Below are positions 1 to 13,989 of a DNA stretch of 64,000 nucleotides, piece by piece (positions within the stretch are counted from its first letter, which is position 1; each line of letters begins with the position of its first letter). This DNA is from Chiloscyllium plagiosum. Its lineage: Eukaryota. The notes beneath the pieces were generated by a model. The model was not told the DNA's origin and did not search any database. It was given only the letters and a program-made list of their open reading frames with translations. The DNA lies in NCBI RefSeq assembly GCF_004010195.1, contig NC_057718.1, positions 50,236,450 to 50,300,449 of the forward strand, written 5' to 3'. A program made the translations under genes and the position numbers.

Positions 1-560
1 CAGAAGTTATAACAAGGCACTTAGATAAGTTCAAGGTAATTATCAAAGGGAAATGATGTTTAAACAATCTATTGGAAGTCTTTGAGGAAGAAATATATGA
101 TGTGGATAAAGGGAAACAGTGGATGTACTTAGATTTACAAAAAAACATTTGTTGTAGTGCCATATTAAAGGTTATTGTAGAAAATGAAAATTAATGGTAT
201 AGTGAGTGATTTGTTAACATGATCAGATTGTCTCCTCTTAAGTAGCCAGAAGATATGTAAAACTTGGTCAATGTGTCAACCTGAATCAAATCAGTGTGCT
301 GCAGGGACCAGTGCTCAAGCCTCAAATGTTACAATTGATATAAATGACTTAGATGAAGGCATGGAATGTATAGTTGTCAAATTTGTTGATGGCACGCAGG
401 TAGGAAAGGTGTATAGAAAACCTTAGAAGATGACAAATTATAGAACAAGTCAGGAGAATCTGGCAAATTGGGTATAATGTGAGAAAACATGAAATTGTCC
501 ATTTTGGGAGGAATAATAAAGATATTTAGTTAAATGATGAGAATGCAGTTCAGGGATGTG
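1..560 (+). mobile_element. Old CR1-like LINE RT fragment
   Basis: Degenerate gtggatgtacttagattt, gggaccagtgctc, aaatttgttgatggcac (FADD region) motifs. Confidence 0.65.
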
Positions 561-562
561 TA

Positions 563-680
563 GGTTAAGTGCATTGGTCAGGGGTAAACATAGGATAGTA
601 CGGGAATGGGTCACTGTTTGGAGGGATAGTGTGGACTTGTTGGGCCAAAGGGCCTGTGTCCACACTGTAGGGATTCTAAG
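563..680 (+). mobile_element. HE1-type SINE 3' half
   Basis: gtggacttgttgggccaaagggcctgtgtccacactgtagggattct matches the 3' part of the other HE1 copies. Confidence 0.7.
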
Positions 681-761
681 TTCTAAGTTCATAAATTGCA
701 AAGGATCTAGATTTACTGCGCACAAATCATGAGCAAAAGTGGGCACGACACTAGTTATAGA

Positions 762-2245
762 TAGATAGAATATTACATTGCAGTGCAGGCCCTTCGGCCC
801 TCGATGTTGCACTGACCTGTGAAACGAATCTGAAGCAAATCTAACCTACACTATTCCATTCTTGTCCATATGTTGATCCAATGACCATTTAAATGCCCTT
901 AAAGTGGGTGAGTCTACTACTATTGCAGGCAGTACATTCCACACCCTACTGCTCTCTGAGTAAAGAAACTACCTCTGACGTCTGTCCTACATCTATCACC
1001 CTTCAATTCAAAGCTATGTCCTATCGTGCTAGTCATCACCATCTGAGGAAAAAGGCTCTCACTGTCCACCCTATCTAACCTTCTGATTATCTTCTATGTC
1101 TCAATTAAGTCACCTCTCAACCTTCTTCTCTCTAACGAAAACAGCCTCAAGTCCTTCAGCCTTTCTTCATAAGACCTTCCCTCCAGACTAGGCAACATCC
1201 TTTCGAAAGCTTCCACATCCTTCCTATAATGCTGTGACCAGAACTGTATGTAATATCCCACGTGCAGCCACAACACAGTTTTGCAAAGCTGCAGCATGAT
1301 CTCATGGTTCCGAAACTCAATCCCTCTACCAATAAAAGTTAACACACTGTATGCCTTCTTAACAACTTTATCAACCTGGGTGGTAACTTTCAAGGATCCA
1401 TGTGCGTGGACACAGATCTCCTGCTCATCTGCACTACCAAGAATCTTACCATTAGCCCAATACTGTGCATTCCTGTTATTCCTTCCAAAGTGAATCACCT
1501 CACACTTTTGCACATTAAACGTCATTTGCCAGCCCAGCTCTGCAGCTTATCTATGTTCCTCTGTAACCAACAACATCCCTCAGCAATATCCAGAACTCTA
1601 CCGACCTTACTGTCATCTGCAAATTTACTAACTTATCCTTCTATACCCTCATCCAGGTCATTTATAAAAATGACGAACAGCAGTGACCCCAAATCAGATC
1701 CTTGCAGTACACCACTAGTAACTGAACTCCAGGATGAATATTTCCCATCAACAACCACCTTCTGTCTTCTTTCGGCTAGCCAATTTCTGACCTAAATCAC
1801 TCTCAATCCCATGCCTCCATATTTTGTGCAATTGTCTTACTGAAATCCATATGCACCACATCAACCACTTTACCTTCATCCACCTGTCTGATCATCTTTG
1901 CACAGAATTCAACAAGGTTTGTGAGGCATGACGTACTCTTCACAAAACCATATTGACTATCCCTAATCAACTTATTCCTTTCTAGATGATTATAAATTCT
2001 ATCTCTTATAACCATTTATAACACTTTCCCCACAACTGAAGTAATGCTCACTGGTCTACAGTTACCAGGATTCTCCCTATTCCCCTTCTTGAACAAGAGA
2101 ACAACATTTGCTATCCTCCAGTCTTCTGGCGCTATTCCTGTGGACAATGATCAAAGCCAAAGGCTCAGCAATCTCCTCCCTGGCTTCCCAGATAATCCTA
2201 GGGTAAATTCCATCTGGCCCAGTGAACTTATCTATTTTTACACTG
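762..2245 (-). mobile_element. CR1 LINE ORF2 (RT and 3' end), decayed
   Basis: ORF track: [57 protein letters not shown]. Confidence 0.92.
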
Positions 2246-2810
2246 GATGGAGGTTTGTTCACTGAGCTAGAAGGTTCATTTTCACCATACTAGGTAACAT
2301 CTTCAGTGAGCCTCTGGATGAAGCACTGCTGATGATTCCTGCTTTCTATTTATATGTTTGGGTTTCTTTGGGCTAGTGATGTTATTTCCTGTGGTCATGT
2401 CATTTCCTATGGTGATGTCATTTCTTGTTCTTTTTCTCAGGGGGTGGTAAATGGGGTCCAACTCAATGTGTTTGTTGATAGAGTTCAAATTGCAATGCCA
2501 TGCTTCTAGGAATTCTCGTGCGTGTCTCTGTTTGACTTGTCCTAGGATAGATGTGTTGTCCCAGTCGAAGTGGTGTCCTTCCTTATCTGTATGGAAGGAT
2601 ACTAGTGAGAGTGGGTCATGTTGTTTTGTGGCTAGTTGATGTTCATGTATCCTGGTGGCTAGTTTTCTGCTTGATTGTCCAATGTAGTGTTTGTTACAGT
2701 TCTTGCATGGTATTTTGTAAATGACATTAGTTTTGCTTGTTGTCTGTATAGGGTCTTTCAAGTTCATTAGCTGCTGTTTTAGTGTGTTGGTGGGTTTGTG
2801 GGCTACTACT
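2246..2810 (-). mobile_element. Penelope-like retroelement, GIY-YIG endonuclease and 3' end
   Basis: ORF 2303..2767 NVIYKIPCKNCNKHYIGQSSRKLATRIHEHQ...REFLEAWH. Confidence 0.92.
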
Positions 2811-3214
2811 CAGACCTCCACCCCCCCCTCCTTGGCATTATGGTAGCTGTTTAGCCTCCTGTTGGTCAAGTGTATTTTCTGTTCTAATCTGCTCTAATAA
2901 CTGTCCCAGAGAACCATAGTGCTGCTCTGATTACCATTTTGGCTGGATGCCAGGTTTGTTAGGCAGAGATGCCAACAGCATGAGTTCAGTTGTGTAAGCT
3001 GAGGCTTCTCTCCCTTACCCTACCCCTGAGGTGTGGTGACCCTCTGGTTAAATCACCAGTCACCTCTCTCTAATGACACAGCAACCCTGTGGTCCTCTGA
3101 GACTATGGTGACTTTAAATAACTGTCCAAAAATTTTGCCTTCTTTCTTAAAGCATGGGCGCCTCATGTTTGTTACTTCAGAGATTGTTTAGTTTTCTGTG
3201 TCCTGCTTGTGTGT

Positions 3215-4664
3215 TTTTATTTATTCATGGGATGTCAGTGTTGTTGACAAGACCAGCACTTATTGCCCATTCTGGTGAAGGTAATAGTGAGTTGTCTTTT
3301 TGAACAGCTGCAGTCTTTGGGATTTAGGGAGTGCTTTTATGAAGGGAGTTCCAGGATTTTGAACTCATGACAGTAAGGTGGACAATAATCTGGTTCTAAA
3401 TCAGGGTGCGCATTTTGGAGGGGAAGTTTAGATAGTGGTGTGTTCCTATGCATTTGCTGACCATCATCTTGTAGATGGTAAAGGTCACAGATTGGAAGAT
3501 GCTGTTGAAGGAGTTGGAGTGAGTTCCTGCAGTGCACTGTTTAGATGGCGCATACTGCTGCTGCTTTCTAATAGTAATAATGGGACTGAATGTCAAAGGT
3601 AATGTTCTCTCATAGCTGTGCAGCCGCTCTGAGGGTCTGTGTATGTCAATGTGTACTGACACCATCCTAGTAGTGACATTTGGTTTTGGACATTGATGCT
3701 GCACTTAAACTTCAGAGGTCAGTGCAGAAGAAATGTGGGATCATGGGTTGAAAGGGTGGACTGGGTGTTAATCCAGTAGGCTGCTTTGTCATGGATGGTG
3801 TCAAATTTCTTGTGGTGTTGGAGCTGCACTTATCCAGACAAATGAAAAGCATTCCATCACTATCCTGATCTGTGCATTTTATGTAGATCAGCAAAAGGGA
3901 AAGAGTTAAGATATTTTATCTTAACCTTAGATATGCTCCAGTAGTCACAGTATTTGTATGGCTGGTCAATGGTGTGGGATGTTCAGTGGGATGTTCGTGG
4001 GATGTTCAGTGATGGCAATGCTATTGACTGTCAAGAAGCAGTGGTTAGACTCTTGATAGAGATGGATATTGCCTGACATCTGTAGTACAAATGTTACTTA
4101 CCACTTATCAACCCAAATCATGATATTACTCAGATCTGGCTGCATTTAGACGGACTGCTTCAGCGTCCGATGTGTTGAGTGGTAATGAATGTTGTATAAT
4201 TGTCAGTGATTATCCCCACTTCAAGCCTTTTGGTGAAGGGAAGGTTATTGTTGACGTAGCTAAATTTGATTGAGCTGAGTACACTATAATGAGGGACACC
4301 TGCCCTGATATCTGATTCTCACCCTCTCTCAACAAGAATCATTCTTTGTGCTAGGCATGACACTGACCAGCAGAGATTCCCCTCCCTGACTTCCATTGAC
4401 TTCAGTTTTGCTCAGGTTCCTTGATGCCATTTTTGGTCAAATGTAACCTTGATGAGCTTGGTTGAACTAAAGTTGTCATGACTTCAGTAGCTGAGTGGTC
4501 TTATTGGAATCCCATCTAAGCATCACTGAGTAGGTTCTTCCTTTGCAGGTGGTGCTTGATAACACTATCAATGATCCTTTCAATCACTTTCACGGAGAGT
4601 TAATTAGCTGAGTAGAATTTGTCCTGCTTCATGTACAGGGAATACCTGGCTAATTCTACACATT
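3215..4664 (-). mobile_element. Old L2/CR1-group LINE, resuming at ~7726 after a composite insertion
   Basis: 3' end ttttatttattcatgggatgt...cttattgccca shared with the SINEs at 26455 and 49893; degenerate RT motif near 4190-4220. Confidence 0.7.
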
Positions 4665-4906
4665 CAGAGTCAAAACATGTGGTGCTAGAAATGCACAGCT
4701 GGTCAGGCAGCATCCGATGAGCAGGTGAGTCAACGATTCGAGCATAAGCTCTTCATCAGGAATGAAGTGGGGATAATCACTGACAATTACACAACATTCA
4801 TTACCACTCAGCACATCAGATGCTGAAGCAGTCCCTGTCCAAATGCAGCCAGATCTGAGTAATATCATGATTTGGGTTGATAAGTGGTAAGTAACATTTG
4901 TAATAC

Positions 4907-7579
4907 TCAGTGCTACAGCGGGTGCACAGAGAGGGGAGCCGGAAGGTAAGCGGAGACCAGTTTAAATTAACGTTTTTCTTTTCACAGTCTGTGTTTTTTT
5001 TTCAGCTAGGAGTGGGAACCCAGAAGTTGTCAACAGAGGCTTCTGGGAAGGTAAGAGTTTTGAGTGGAGAAGGACTGCATTCTGGGGAAGGTGGGACCTG
5101 TACAAGCATGATGGGTTGCACCTGAACCAGAATGGCACCAATATCCTGGGAGGTAGGTTTGCTAGCACTCTTCGGGGGGGGTTTAAACTAATTTGGCAGG
5201 AGGATGGGATCCGGACTTGTAGTCCAGCAAGTAGGTTAGCTGTTTTTCAGGATGTCCAAGAATGTAGGGAGGCTGTGGAGAAGGTAGCANNNNNNNNNNN
5301 NNNNNNNNNNNNNNNNNNNNNNNNNNNNNNNNNNNNNNNNNNNNNNNNNNNNNNNNNNNNNNNNNNNNNNNNNNNNNNNNNNNNNNNNNNNNNNNNNNNN
5401 NNNNNNNNNNNNNNNNNNNNNNNNNNNNNNNNNNNNNNNNNNNNNNNNNNNNNNNNNNNNNNNNNNNNNNNNNNNNNNNNNNNNNNNNNNNNNNNNNNNN
5501 NNNNNNNNNNNNNNNNNNNNNNNNNNNNNNNNNNNNNNNNNNNNNNNNNNNNNNNNNNNNNNNNNNNNNNNNNNNNNNNNNNNNNNNNNNNNNNNNNNNN
5601 NNNNNNNNNNNNNNNNNNNNNNNNNNNNNNNNNNNNNNNNNNNNNNNNNNNNNNNNNNNNNNNNNNNNNNNNNNNNNNNNNNNNNNNNNNNNNNNNNNNN
5701 NNNNNNNNNNNNNNNNNNNNNNNNNNNNNNNNNNNNNNNNNNNNNNNNNNNNNNNNNNNNNNNNNNNNNNNNNNNNNNNNNNNNNNNNNNNNNNNNNNNN
5801 NNNNNNNNNNNNNNNNNNNNNNNNNNNNNNNNNNNNNNNNNNNNNNNNNNNNNNNNNNNNNNNNNNNNNNNNNNNNNNNNNNNNNNNNNNNNNNNNNNNN
5901 NNNNNNNNNNNNNNNNNNNNNNNNNNNNNNNNNNNNNNNNNNNNNNNNNNNNNNNNNNNNNNNNNNNNNNNNNNNNNNNNNNNNNNNNNNNNNNNNNNNN
6001 NNNNNNNNNNNNNNNNNNNNNNNNNNNNNNNNNNNNNNNNNNNNNNNNNNNNNNNNNNNNNNNNNNNNNNNNNNNNNNNNNNNNNNNNNNNNNNNNNNNN
6101 NNNNNNNNNNNNNNNNNNNNNNNNNNNNNNNNNNNNNNNNNNNNNNNNNNNNNNNNNNNNNNNNNNNNNNNNNNNNNNNNNNNNNNNNNNNACCGTATTG
6201 TTGAAGAGGAGAGTATGAAACGGACTGGTAAGCTAGAGGAGATACTTGTTAGGAAGGAAGATGTGTTGGGCATTTTGAAAAACTTGAGGATAGACAAGTC
6301 CCCTGGGCCTGACGGGATATATCCTAGGATTATGTGGGAAGCAAGAGAGGAAATTGCAGAACTGTTGGCAATGATCTTTTCGTCTTCACTGTCAATGGGG
6401 GTAGTGCCAGGGGACTGGAGAGTGGCGAATGTTGTGCCCCTGTTCAAAAAAGGGACTAGGAATAACCCCGGGAATTACAGGCCAGTTAGTCTTACTTTGG
6501 GTGGTAGGCAAAGTAATGAAAAGGGTACTGAGGGATAGGATTTATGAGTATCTGGAAAGACACTGCTTGATTAGGGACAGCCAGCACAGATTTGTGAGGG
6601 GTAGTCCTTGCCTTACAAGTCTTATTGAATTCTTTGAGGAGGTGACCAAGCATGTGGATGAGGGTAGAGCAGTGGATGTAGTGTACATGGATTTTAGTAA
6701 GGCACTTGATAAGTTTCCCCATGGTCGGCTTATGCGGAAAGTTAGGAGGCATGGGATAGTGGGAACTTTGGCCAGATTGAAGATTGGTGGAGTTGTGGAT
6801 AGCGAGGAGGGCTGTTGTCAGCTGCAAAGGGACTTAGATATGATGCAGAGCTGGGCTGAGGCGTGGCAGATGGAGTTCAACCCTGTCAAGTGTGAGGTTC
6901 GTCCATTTTGGAAGGACAAATAAGAATGCGGAATACAGGGTTAACGGTAGGGTTCTTAGTAAGGTGGAGGAACAGAGGGATCTTGGGGTCTATGTTCATA
7001 GATCTTTGAAAGTTGCCACTCAGGTGGATAGAGCTTGTAAGAAGGCCTATGGTGTATTAGCGTTCATTAGCAGAGGGATTGAATTCAAGAGGCGTGANNN
7101 NAGTACTGTGTGCAGTTCTGGTCGCCTCATTTTAGGAAAGATGCGGAAGCTTTGGAGAGGGTGCAAAGGAGATTTACCAGGATGTTGCCTAGAATGGAGA
7201 ATAGCTCGTACGAGGATAGGTTGAGAGTGCTAAGCCTTTTCTCATTGGAACGGCGAAGGATGAGGGGTGACTTGATAGAGGTTTATAAGATCAGGAGAAT
7301 AGATAGAGTAGACAGTCAGAGACTTTTCCCCCAGGTACAACAGAGTGTTACAAGGGGACATAAATTTAAGGTGAAGGGTGGAAGATATAGGGGGATGTCA
7401 GGGGTAGGTTCTTTACCCAGAGAGTGGTGGGGGCATGGAATGCGCTGCCTGTTGGAGTGGCAGAGTCAGAATCATTGGTGTCCTTTAAGCGGCAATTGGA
7501 TAGGTACATGGATAGGACAAATGTTTGGCACAACATCGTGGGCAGAAGGGCCTGTTCTGTGCTGTACTGTTCTATGTTC
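4907..7579 (+). mobile_element. CR1 LINE with ORF1 SGNH-esterase remnant and ORF2 RT, internally deleted, spanning the gap
   Basis: LYKHDGLHLNQNGTNILGGRFA (DxxH), KSPGPDGIYPR, NYRPVSLT, VDVVYMDFSKA; TSD taatac at 4901-4906 and 7580-7585. Confidence 0.92.
5290..6191. other. Assembly gap (902 N)
   Basis: Run of N; a 4-N gap also at 7098-7101. Confidence 1.
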
Positions 7580-7604
7580 TAATACAGATGTCAGCTCCTC
7601 ATTC

Positions 7605-7632
7605 CTGATGAAGAGCTTACACTCGAAACATT
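7605..7632 (+). ncRNA. Hammerhead ribozyme core in a PLE tail (decayed cleavage site)
   Basis: CTGATGA-a-gag-cttaca-ctc-GAAAC-att. Confidence 0.65.
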
Positions 7633-10600
7633 CATTCTCCTCTGATGCTGCCTGACCAATTGTGCTTTTCCAGCACCCCACTTTCTGACTCTGATCTCCA
7701 GCATCTGCAGTCTACACTTTCTCACAATTCTACACATTGCTGGATGGATGCCTATGTTGCAGCTGCTCTGCAATAGCTTGTTTATGGGTGCAGCTAGTGC
7801 TGAACCACGAATCTGCAACGCTACTCACAGAACAATGACAGAACTCAGTCCTTGTGGTTGCAGAGTCTTCAACTATTTCTTGTTATCACATGGAGTGAAT
7901 CAAATTGTATGAAAACTGTCATCTGTGGTGTTGGGAAATTCAGAAGGCAGCTGAGATGGATCATCCATTAGCCATTCCTGGTTGAATGCAAATTCTTCAA
8001 CCTCTCTCCTGCACTGTCTTGTTTTCCCCATAGTTCTTTTATTACAGCATAATTTATGGCCATTAATTCTGAAAGGACAGTTTCGTGAGGTGATTTGCAA
8101 CTTGCGACTTGCAAATATCTACCTGTTTTTGCAGATCTAATTTTCCCCTGTTATTTTATTGTGATGGGTTCAAATCTCAACTAAGCCACATTAATGGTAA
8201 TATGTTTCAGTGACTGATTAATTCAGTGGGTTAGGAGAAAGTGACAATGGCAGATGCTGGAGTGGGGTGCTGAAAAAGTGGGATAGTTTGTTTAAAACAC
8301 TAAAATACATTATAATGTACAAAACAGTCATTACAGCAACCATGTGACTTTTGTCTGTGCACACTGTTAACCCAAAGCAGGTGAACTTAGACACAATGTT
8401 ATGTATATGTAGCACATGACATATTTTAAAGGTGAACTGTTTAAAGGCAATGTATGAATACAATGCTATCCTTGTCAACTGCAAGTTCTGAATCATTACC
8501 ACTTGTTGCATGAAAGTGTTATTTTTCTAGCCCCTCTGAATCGCTTGCCCAAAACTTAAGCCTATAGTCCAAACATGATCAGCTATTTTTTTTTCTTGTT
8601 TAGACACTGTTATCTAAATTCTCCATAATTATGACCATCTTTCTATCTGAAGAAGACAACCTCACTTGCTTCAATTAACATTGCAGCTAAAGTCCCTCAT
8701 TGTTGAAAGAATTATGATAAACCTTTTCTATGCCTTGTGACAACTGGGTAGAGAACTTGTGGCCAAAGCAGTGTTTTAAAATGTTTTGACATAATTTCCT
8801 AGTTTTTGCTCTCAACACCACCATTTCCTAATTCTATACATGTTTCCAGTTACTTTCTCAATGTCTTGTCACTTTCAAAGATCTATGCACAGCAGGCTTG
8901 AGGTTCCTCTATCTCCCTGCCTAATATCCCATCTTCCAACTTTTTGTCTATTCTGCAAGTCTCTTCACAAGTCCTGGAGCTCCCAATGTGTGTTATCCTC
9001 ATTGGTTGCTGCACCCAAAGACTGAACTTATCAACAGACTTGAAACAAACATTATCTCTGATCCAATATCCAAATTAGTTATTTACCCAGGAAGCTTCAA
9101 GCACCAACCTTTGGGGGGAAAAAAAAACACTTCTACCACCTTTTAAAGCAAAGCAGCCATTCACTAAACTTGTTTTTTTTTCTGTCCTTAAGCCAAATAA
9201 TTTCTCCAAACTAAAACTGGCTATTTTATTCCATACACATTTTTTTTTTTGTTTAAGTGCATTTTATTGGGTACTTCAAACTCTTTTGATTTCAGTTTCC
9301 TTTTTATTTTTCTTACATATCAATCTTTTGATGCTGAAGATCAGTGTCATGTGTGTTTGTTGCTATCTGAGGCTGTAACCTAAATGTTCTGTTTAGAATA
9401 ATTCTGTTCATCAAATCTCATCAGGATGAAACACATGCTATTTTCCAAAGCACTTTCTGGGCAGGGGAGAGGTAGGACCTATTCTCAGACAACTACAGCA
9501 AGAATTAATTGAACGCTTCCTCATCTGAAAGGTGACAAACATTTGTAAAACAAAGGATATACTGCAGATATTGGAAAATGCTTCCACACTGATTCCAAAG
9601 ATCTGCTCAATACAATAAATGTTTGTCTCCTAGAGGTTAATAAATACCAGGTAAAGTATGTTATTTCAACCCTTAATTTAATGCAAATGCTGTTTTTTTT
9701 TTAAAAAATCTGCATATCTAACATGCAGAATTAAGAAATGAATAATCGTGGCTAGATTCTTTTTATGATAGTGGAGAGAGGGAAAGCAGGACAGACTAAT
9801 TGGACTAGTGGTGCAGTTTCTACTGCTGGCTGGCCAGTTTATCTCTGGTAAGTATCATTAACATTCATCAGTCAGAGGCAGGAACAAAAGATCACAGCAG
9901 TATTTTCAGCTGATGCCATCTTTAAAGTATTGCCACTTTACCACTGGTCAGAGGTTGGAGAAGAGGTTAGCAGCCATGGGAATAATGTTCAGAGAACATG
10001 GCTGCAATACCACAAGCCTGTCACTACATCATTCTGCTTCAAATGGAGCAGTATACCAATACAAATTGTTAACATATATGTTTAGTTCTTCAAATGGAAG
10101 TTGTGCCTTACCAATTCAGGCTCAAGTCAGTCAGACAGGCATCCCTTATAATAGGGACCACCATCATCAGTGCTAGTTACTGAACTTCAGTCTTAAAGAC
10201 AATCAAGGTCTTTCCCCAATTAGAGAGTCAAGAAAAGAGGTATCCTTTTATGAATAGGACATAAGTGTTTAAGTTGTATTTGTAAAGAGATAGAAAATAA
10301 GATATATATAAATTGTATGAAATTTTTTAAGGCTAATATATTCATTAAGGAGGGAGGGGTATAATGGCATTCACTTGTGATTATTTTATATACATGTACA
10401 TGCCAGAATAAATTGGTTTTAGTTGTACTGACTTTCCATGTGCAGCACAATGTTCTAGTCTGTCTGCAAAGAAATTCCAATTCTGATCACTATGGAAGAA
10501 CTAGCAGGACAACCTGGTGAGCTCAACGGTGAAGCAGGTGTGTGGGTAAGGATGTCAGAGCTTGGACAAATATGAGAAATGGTCTATCCCTGTTCTTCCA

Positions 10601-11260
10601 ATATATGCATATCATTCTGAAATTGGCTGTGACGAGGAGGCTATTTGGAAAAACAAAAGCTTTCATTCCTTCAGTGTTTTCCATAGAAGAAGCTAACTGC
10701 AAAAGCACAGAGTTTTAATCTCTAGGGATCACTGTCCACTTCTGAGGAGACTGCCTCAGAGGGTGCAGTGTCAAATCCTTGCCCGCATCTTCTGCCAGTA
10801 CAGATATTATTTACTTTGGTGTAGATCTGTACTGAGATTCAAGGTTGCAACCTGGTAACAATACACCAGCCATGAAAAGCTCTGCTGCCAAGGCTGATGG
10901 CATGCAGGGAGTGGAAGCCTGATCCAGGCTATGCCACAAGACTACAAGAGAACAAGGTTTGGACATTGCATTATTTAATGATGTATATTATCTCCTTAGC
11001 ATATCACTGTATATTGTCTCCTGAACATATGACTATGTCAGACTTAACCCTTACACTACAGTGTCATGTATCTAGAGGTCTCTGGTAAGCCAGTAAATAT
11101 GAGCAATTTATTGTGAAGGACATGAAGATCTGGAGTTTCAGATATTATCTGTGCCTTAGCTCAGGTAGAACAGGTATCCAGGAAAGTCATGAGTGATGCT
11201 CTTTTCTGCCCTCCTCTGAATGCCACCTCCACCAGTAAGACTGGTGACTGTTCAGGAGAG

Positions 11261-11466
11261 GCAAAAGTGAGGTCTGCAAATGCTGGAGATCAGAGTCAAG
11301 ATTAGAATGATGCTGGAAAAGCACAGCAGGTCAGGCAGCATCCAAGGAGCAGGAAAATCGATGTTTCGGGCAGGAGCCCTTCATTGGGAATCCTCATGAA
11401 ACATTGATTTTCCTGCTCCTCGGATGCTGTCTGACCTGCTGTGCTTTTCCAGCACCACTCTAATCT
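11261..11466. mobile_element. Palindromic PLE-tail insertion
   Basis: Inverted arms (gctggaaaagcacagcaggtcaggcagcatcc / ggatgctgtctgacctgctgtgcttttccagc); 16-bp TSD tgactgttcaggagag at 11245-11260 and 11467-11482. Confidence 0.9.
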
Positions 11467-13477
11467 TGACTGTTCAGGAGAGTCAGGTCAAGTAAACCAG
11501 TTATGAATGCTGGCTGGAAGTTCTCCCAGTCCTGCATGCCACTGCTTTGTCACCAGCTCAGACAACAGCCTCCAGATGAGAGGCATTGCAGTTTGCTTGG
11601 AATTTTCATAAAGTCGCCATTCATCTCCGGTCAGCAGGGATGTGAAAATTAACCTTGCAAGGGAGGAGGAGTGGCTGCTGAAGAAGGTATCAGTCACCAT
11701 CTTGATGCAGTAATATGAGGCTCTGGGAGCTGCCACACTCACTTCCAGTGGGGCCCCAGAAACGAACTGGAGCCATAGAGGAAAAAAAAAGGTCCAAGCG
11801 ATCTGGCATCAGGTGATCACCAAAGCCACTGGAACTCATCTACCATCCCAGCACAAAGCTCTGCAATGCTCTTTCATGAGGTACAGTCTTTAACAATGCC
11901 CCTCTGACTATAATTAGTTCATGCTCAGCCAGCATTCCCTTGCTACTGAGTGCCACCTTCTTTTGTACTGGTGCCTATTTGTGCTCCCCTCTCTAGCCTT
12001 GACTCATCCAAAGGTTTCTCTCTCTTCTTGCAGTTCGACATGGGATTTGCTGCTGTGTAGATGATTTCAACTCCGACCTCCTTCCTCTTAGTTTCTCTTC
12101 ACTGATGAACCCAGCTCCAGACTACATGACGTTAATGGTATTTTAGGCATTCCGTCTATAGAGTTAATTGCCTGTCAATCTCTAATCTGTCCATCCCACT
12201 TGCTTCACCTGCAGCTTTCAATTGACCCTCTTCAAGACTGTCAGATCCAAAGTTGCAAAATATCAGCCAACAACTGAATGAGACAAAATCTGATCAAGCG
12301 TTTGGCTGAGACCAGAAAGTCATTGCAAAGCTTTAGGGTATGAAAAGTAATCGGAGATCTTATTCCTCTAGATTTACACATTTTGCTTGTAAAGATGTTC
12401 TGCAGAATGATACACCTTTGTTCTTCACTTGTAATCTTGCAAGAACTATGGGTCACACTTCTATAGTAAAGCCTTGAACTATGTTTCTCTCCAACTTCAA
12501 GTCCAGACTGAGCCACAAACAGCTTGTATTTGTTATGTGAAATCACTCTTACTATCCCTTTACAGCCTAAAATGGAAAGAAAAATAGAAATGGAGGAACA
12601 GCATGCAGTGTGGCCGAAGTAAAAACATGGACGTACCCCAGAATAGGAACTGTCCATGTAAACTTTCTGTGCTGATGTCAAACTTCAGCCCGCAGGTTTC
12701 CTGTCCTTCCAAATTGAGTATTATTCCCCTGACCACCTAAATACCATTTGGCCAGTAATGGAAACACTGTTGGGTACAATTGTTAGAAATGATGGGATTG
12801 TGTGCAAGGAGCTTAGAGATACATTTTTAAAACCATTTTAATTTCACTCTGATTTCTTACTTCCTCTCCTTTTGCTAATAAGTCTTCTCTCCCTCTGTTA
12901 ATTTACTAAAGGAACTAATTCTTTATGGATAACTCTGAAGTTAAGGTGCTTTCTAGCAGCATGGGCACCTCCATTATGGGGACTTATTTCGATAACTAGG
13001 TAACTAATGAGGCGGAAATAGAAGAGTTTGTTGATGAGATGAAGAAAAGTGAAGTTTGTGCAGATCAAAAACGTGATTATAGACTATTTAGGTCAAATGA
13101 TCTACTGTGTTACAAATATCACATAATAAAGCAATGGTGCCATTATGGTACAGAAAAAGGTCATTTAGTGTACCAATTGTACACCTGTTCAATGTAGAAC
13201 AATCAAATCAAACACCTTTCTCTGATCTCTATTATTGTAAATGTATTTTGCTCAATTGCCGATCCAATTTTATTTTATGAACATTTTTTAAATTCCTGCT
13301 TCCATCATCCTCAGTTGTCATCTTGCTCTGTAAAAAGGATTTTTTATACATACTCCCACCGTCATTCCAACCCCCCCCACCCCGGCCATGTTATAGACCT
13401 TTACAATATCACCCCTCAGTCTCCTATGCTCCAGGGAGCACTTTATTTACTAGAATGTCCAGGTGACATTCTAGTAA

Positions 13478-13872
13478 ATAAGGAGAGGCTGAATAGGCTG
13501 GGAGTTTTTTCTCTGGAGCATAGGAGACAGAGGTGACCTTACAGAGATCTATAGAATCATGAGAGGCACTGATAAGGTAAATAGTCAATGGCTTTTCCCC
13601 ATGGTGGGACAGTCAAAAACTACAGGGCAAAGATTTAAGTTGAAAGGGGAGAGATACAAAAGATTCCAGAAGGATAATTTTCTTACACAGAGGGTAGTGA
13701 CTGTCTGGAATAGGTTGCCAGACATATTGGTGGAGGGGAGTACAGGGATAGGATAGGTATAAAGGGATATGAAATGAAAATAGGCAAATGGGATTAGACT
13801 AATTATGAAAACTGGTGGCATGGACAAGTTGCACTAAAGGCCTGTTTCCATTCTGTTAACCTCTATAACTCT
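13478..13872 (+). mobile_element. CR1 3' fragment
   Basis: KERLNRLGVFSLEHRRQR; FLTQRVVTVWNRLP; ctctataactcta tail. Confidence 0.85.
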
Positions 13873-13989
13873 ACCTAATTCATGTAAAGGTATCCAGTCC
13901 TTACACACTCGAACAAATTCACCCTCCTGCTTTGTCCATGCAGAACAGTACTTGGTTCTCCAACCTAACCTTGTTTTTTCTTTTAAAAA

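Larger units (their letters stand above)
4665..7725. mobile_element. Composite insertion: inverted PLE tails enclosing a local inverted duplication and a later CR1
   Basis: 13-bp TSD aattctacacatt at 4652-4664 and 7726-7738; PLE tail (-) 4665-4762, PLE tail (+) ~7597-7725. Confidence 0.85.

Noticed and set aside
3974..4010. Triple gtgggatgttc unit (and acagaactgaactc twice near 25027-25064)
   Set aside because: Ordinary short tandem slippage inside old LINEs.
5116..6447. Two longest ORFs (362 and 403 aa)
   Set aside because: Artefacts of translating through the N gap; the flanks are CR1.
9470..9620. Frame with a single in-frame TGA (possible selenocysteine)
   Set aside because: No SECIS identified and no redox motif.
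12241..12681. 146-aa minus-strand ORF
   Set aside because: No recognisable motif and no convincing splice or start context; likely chance.
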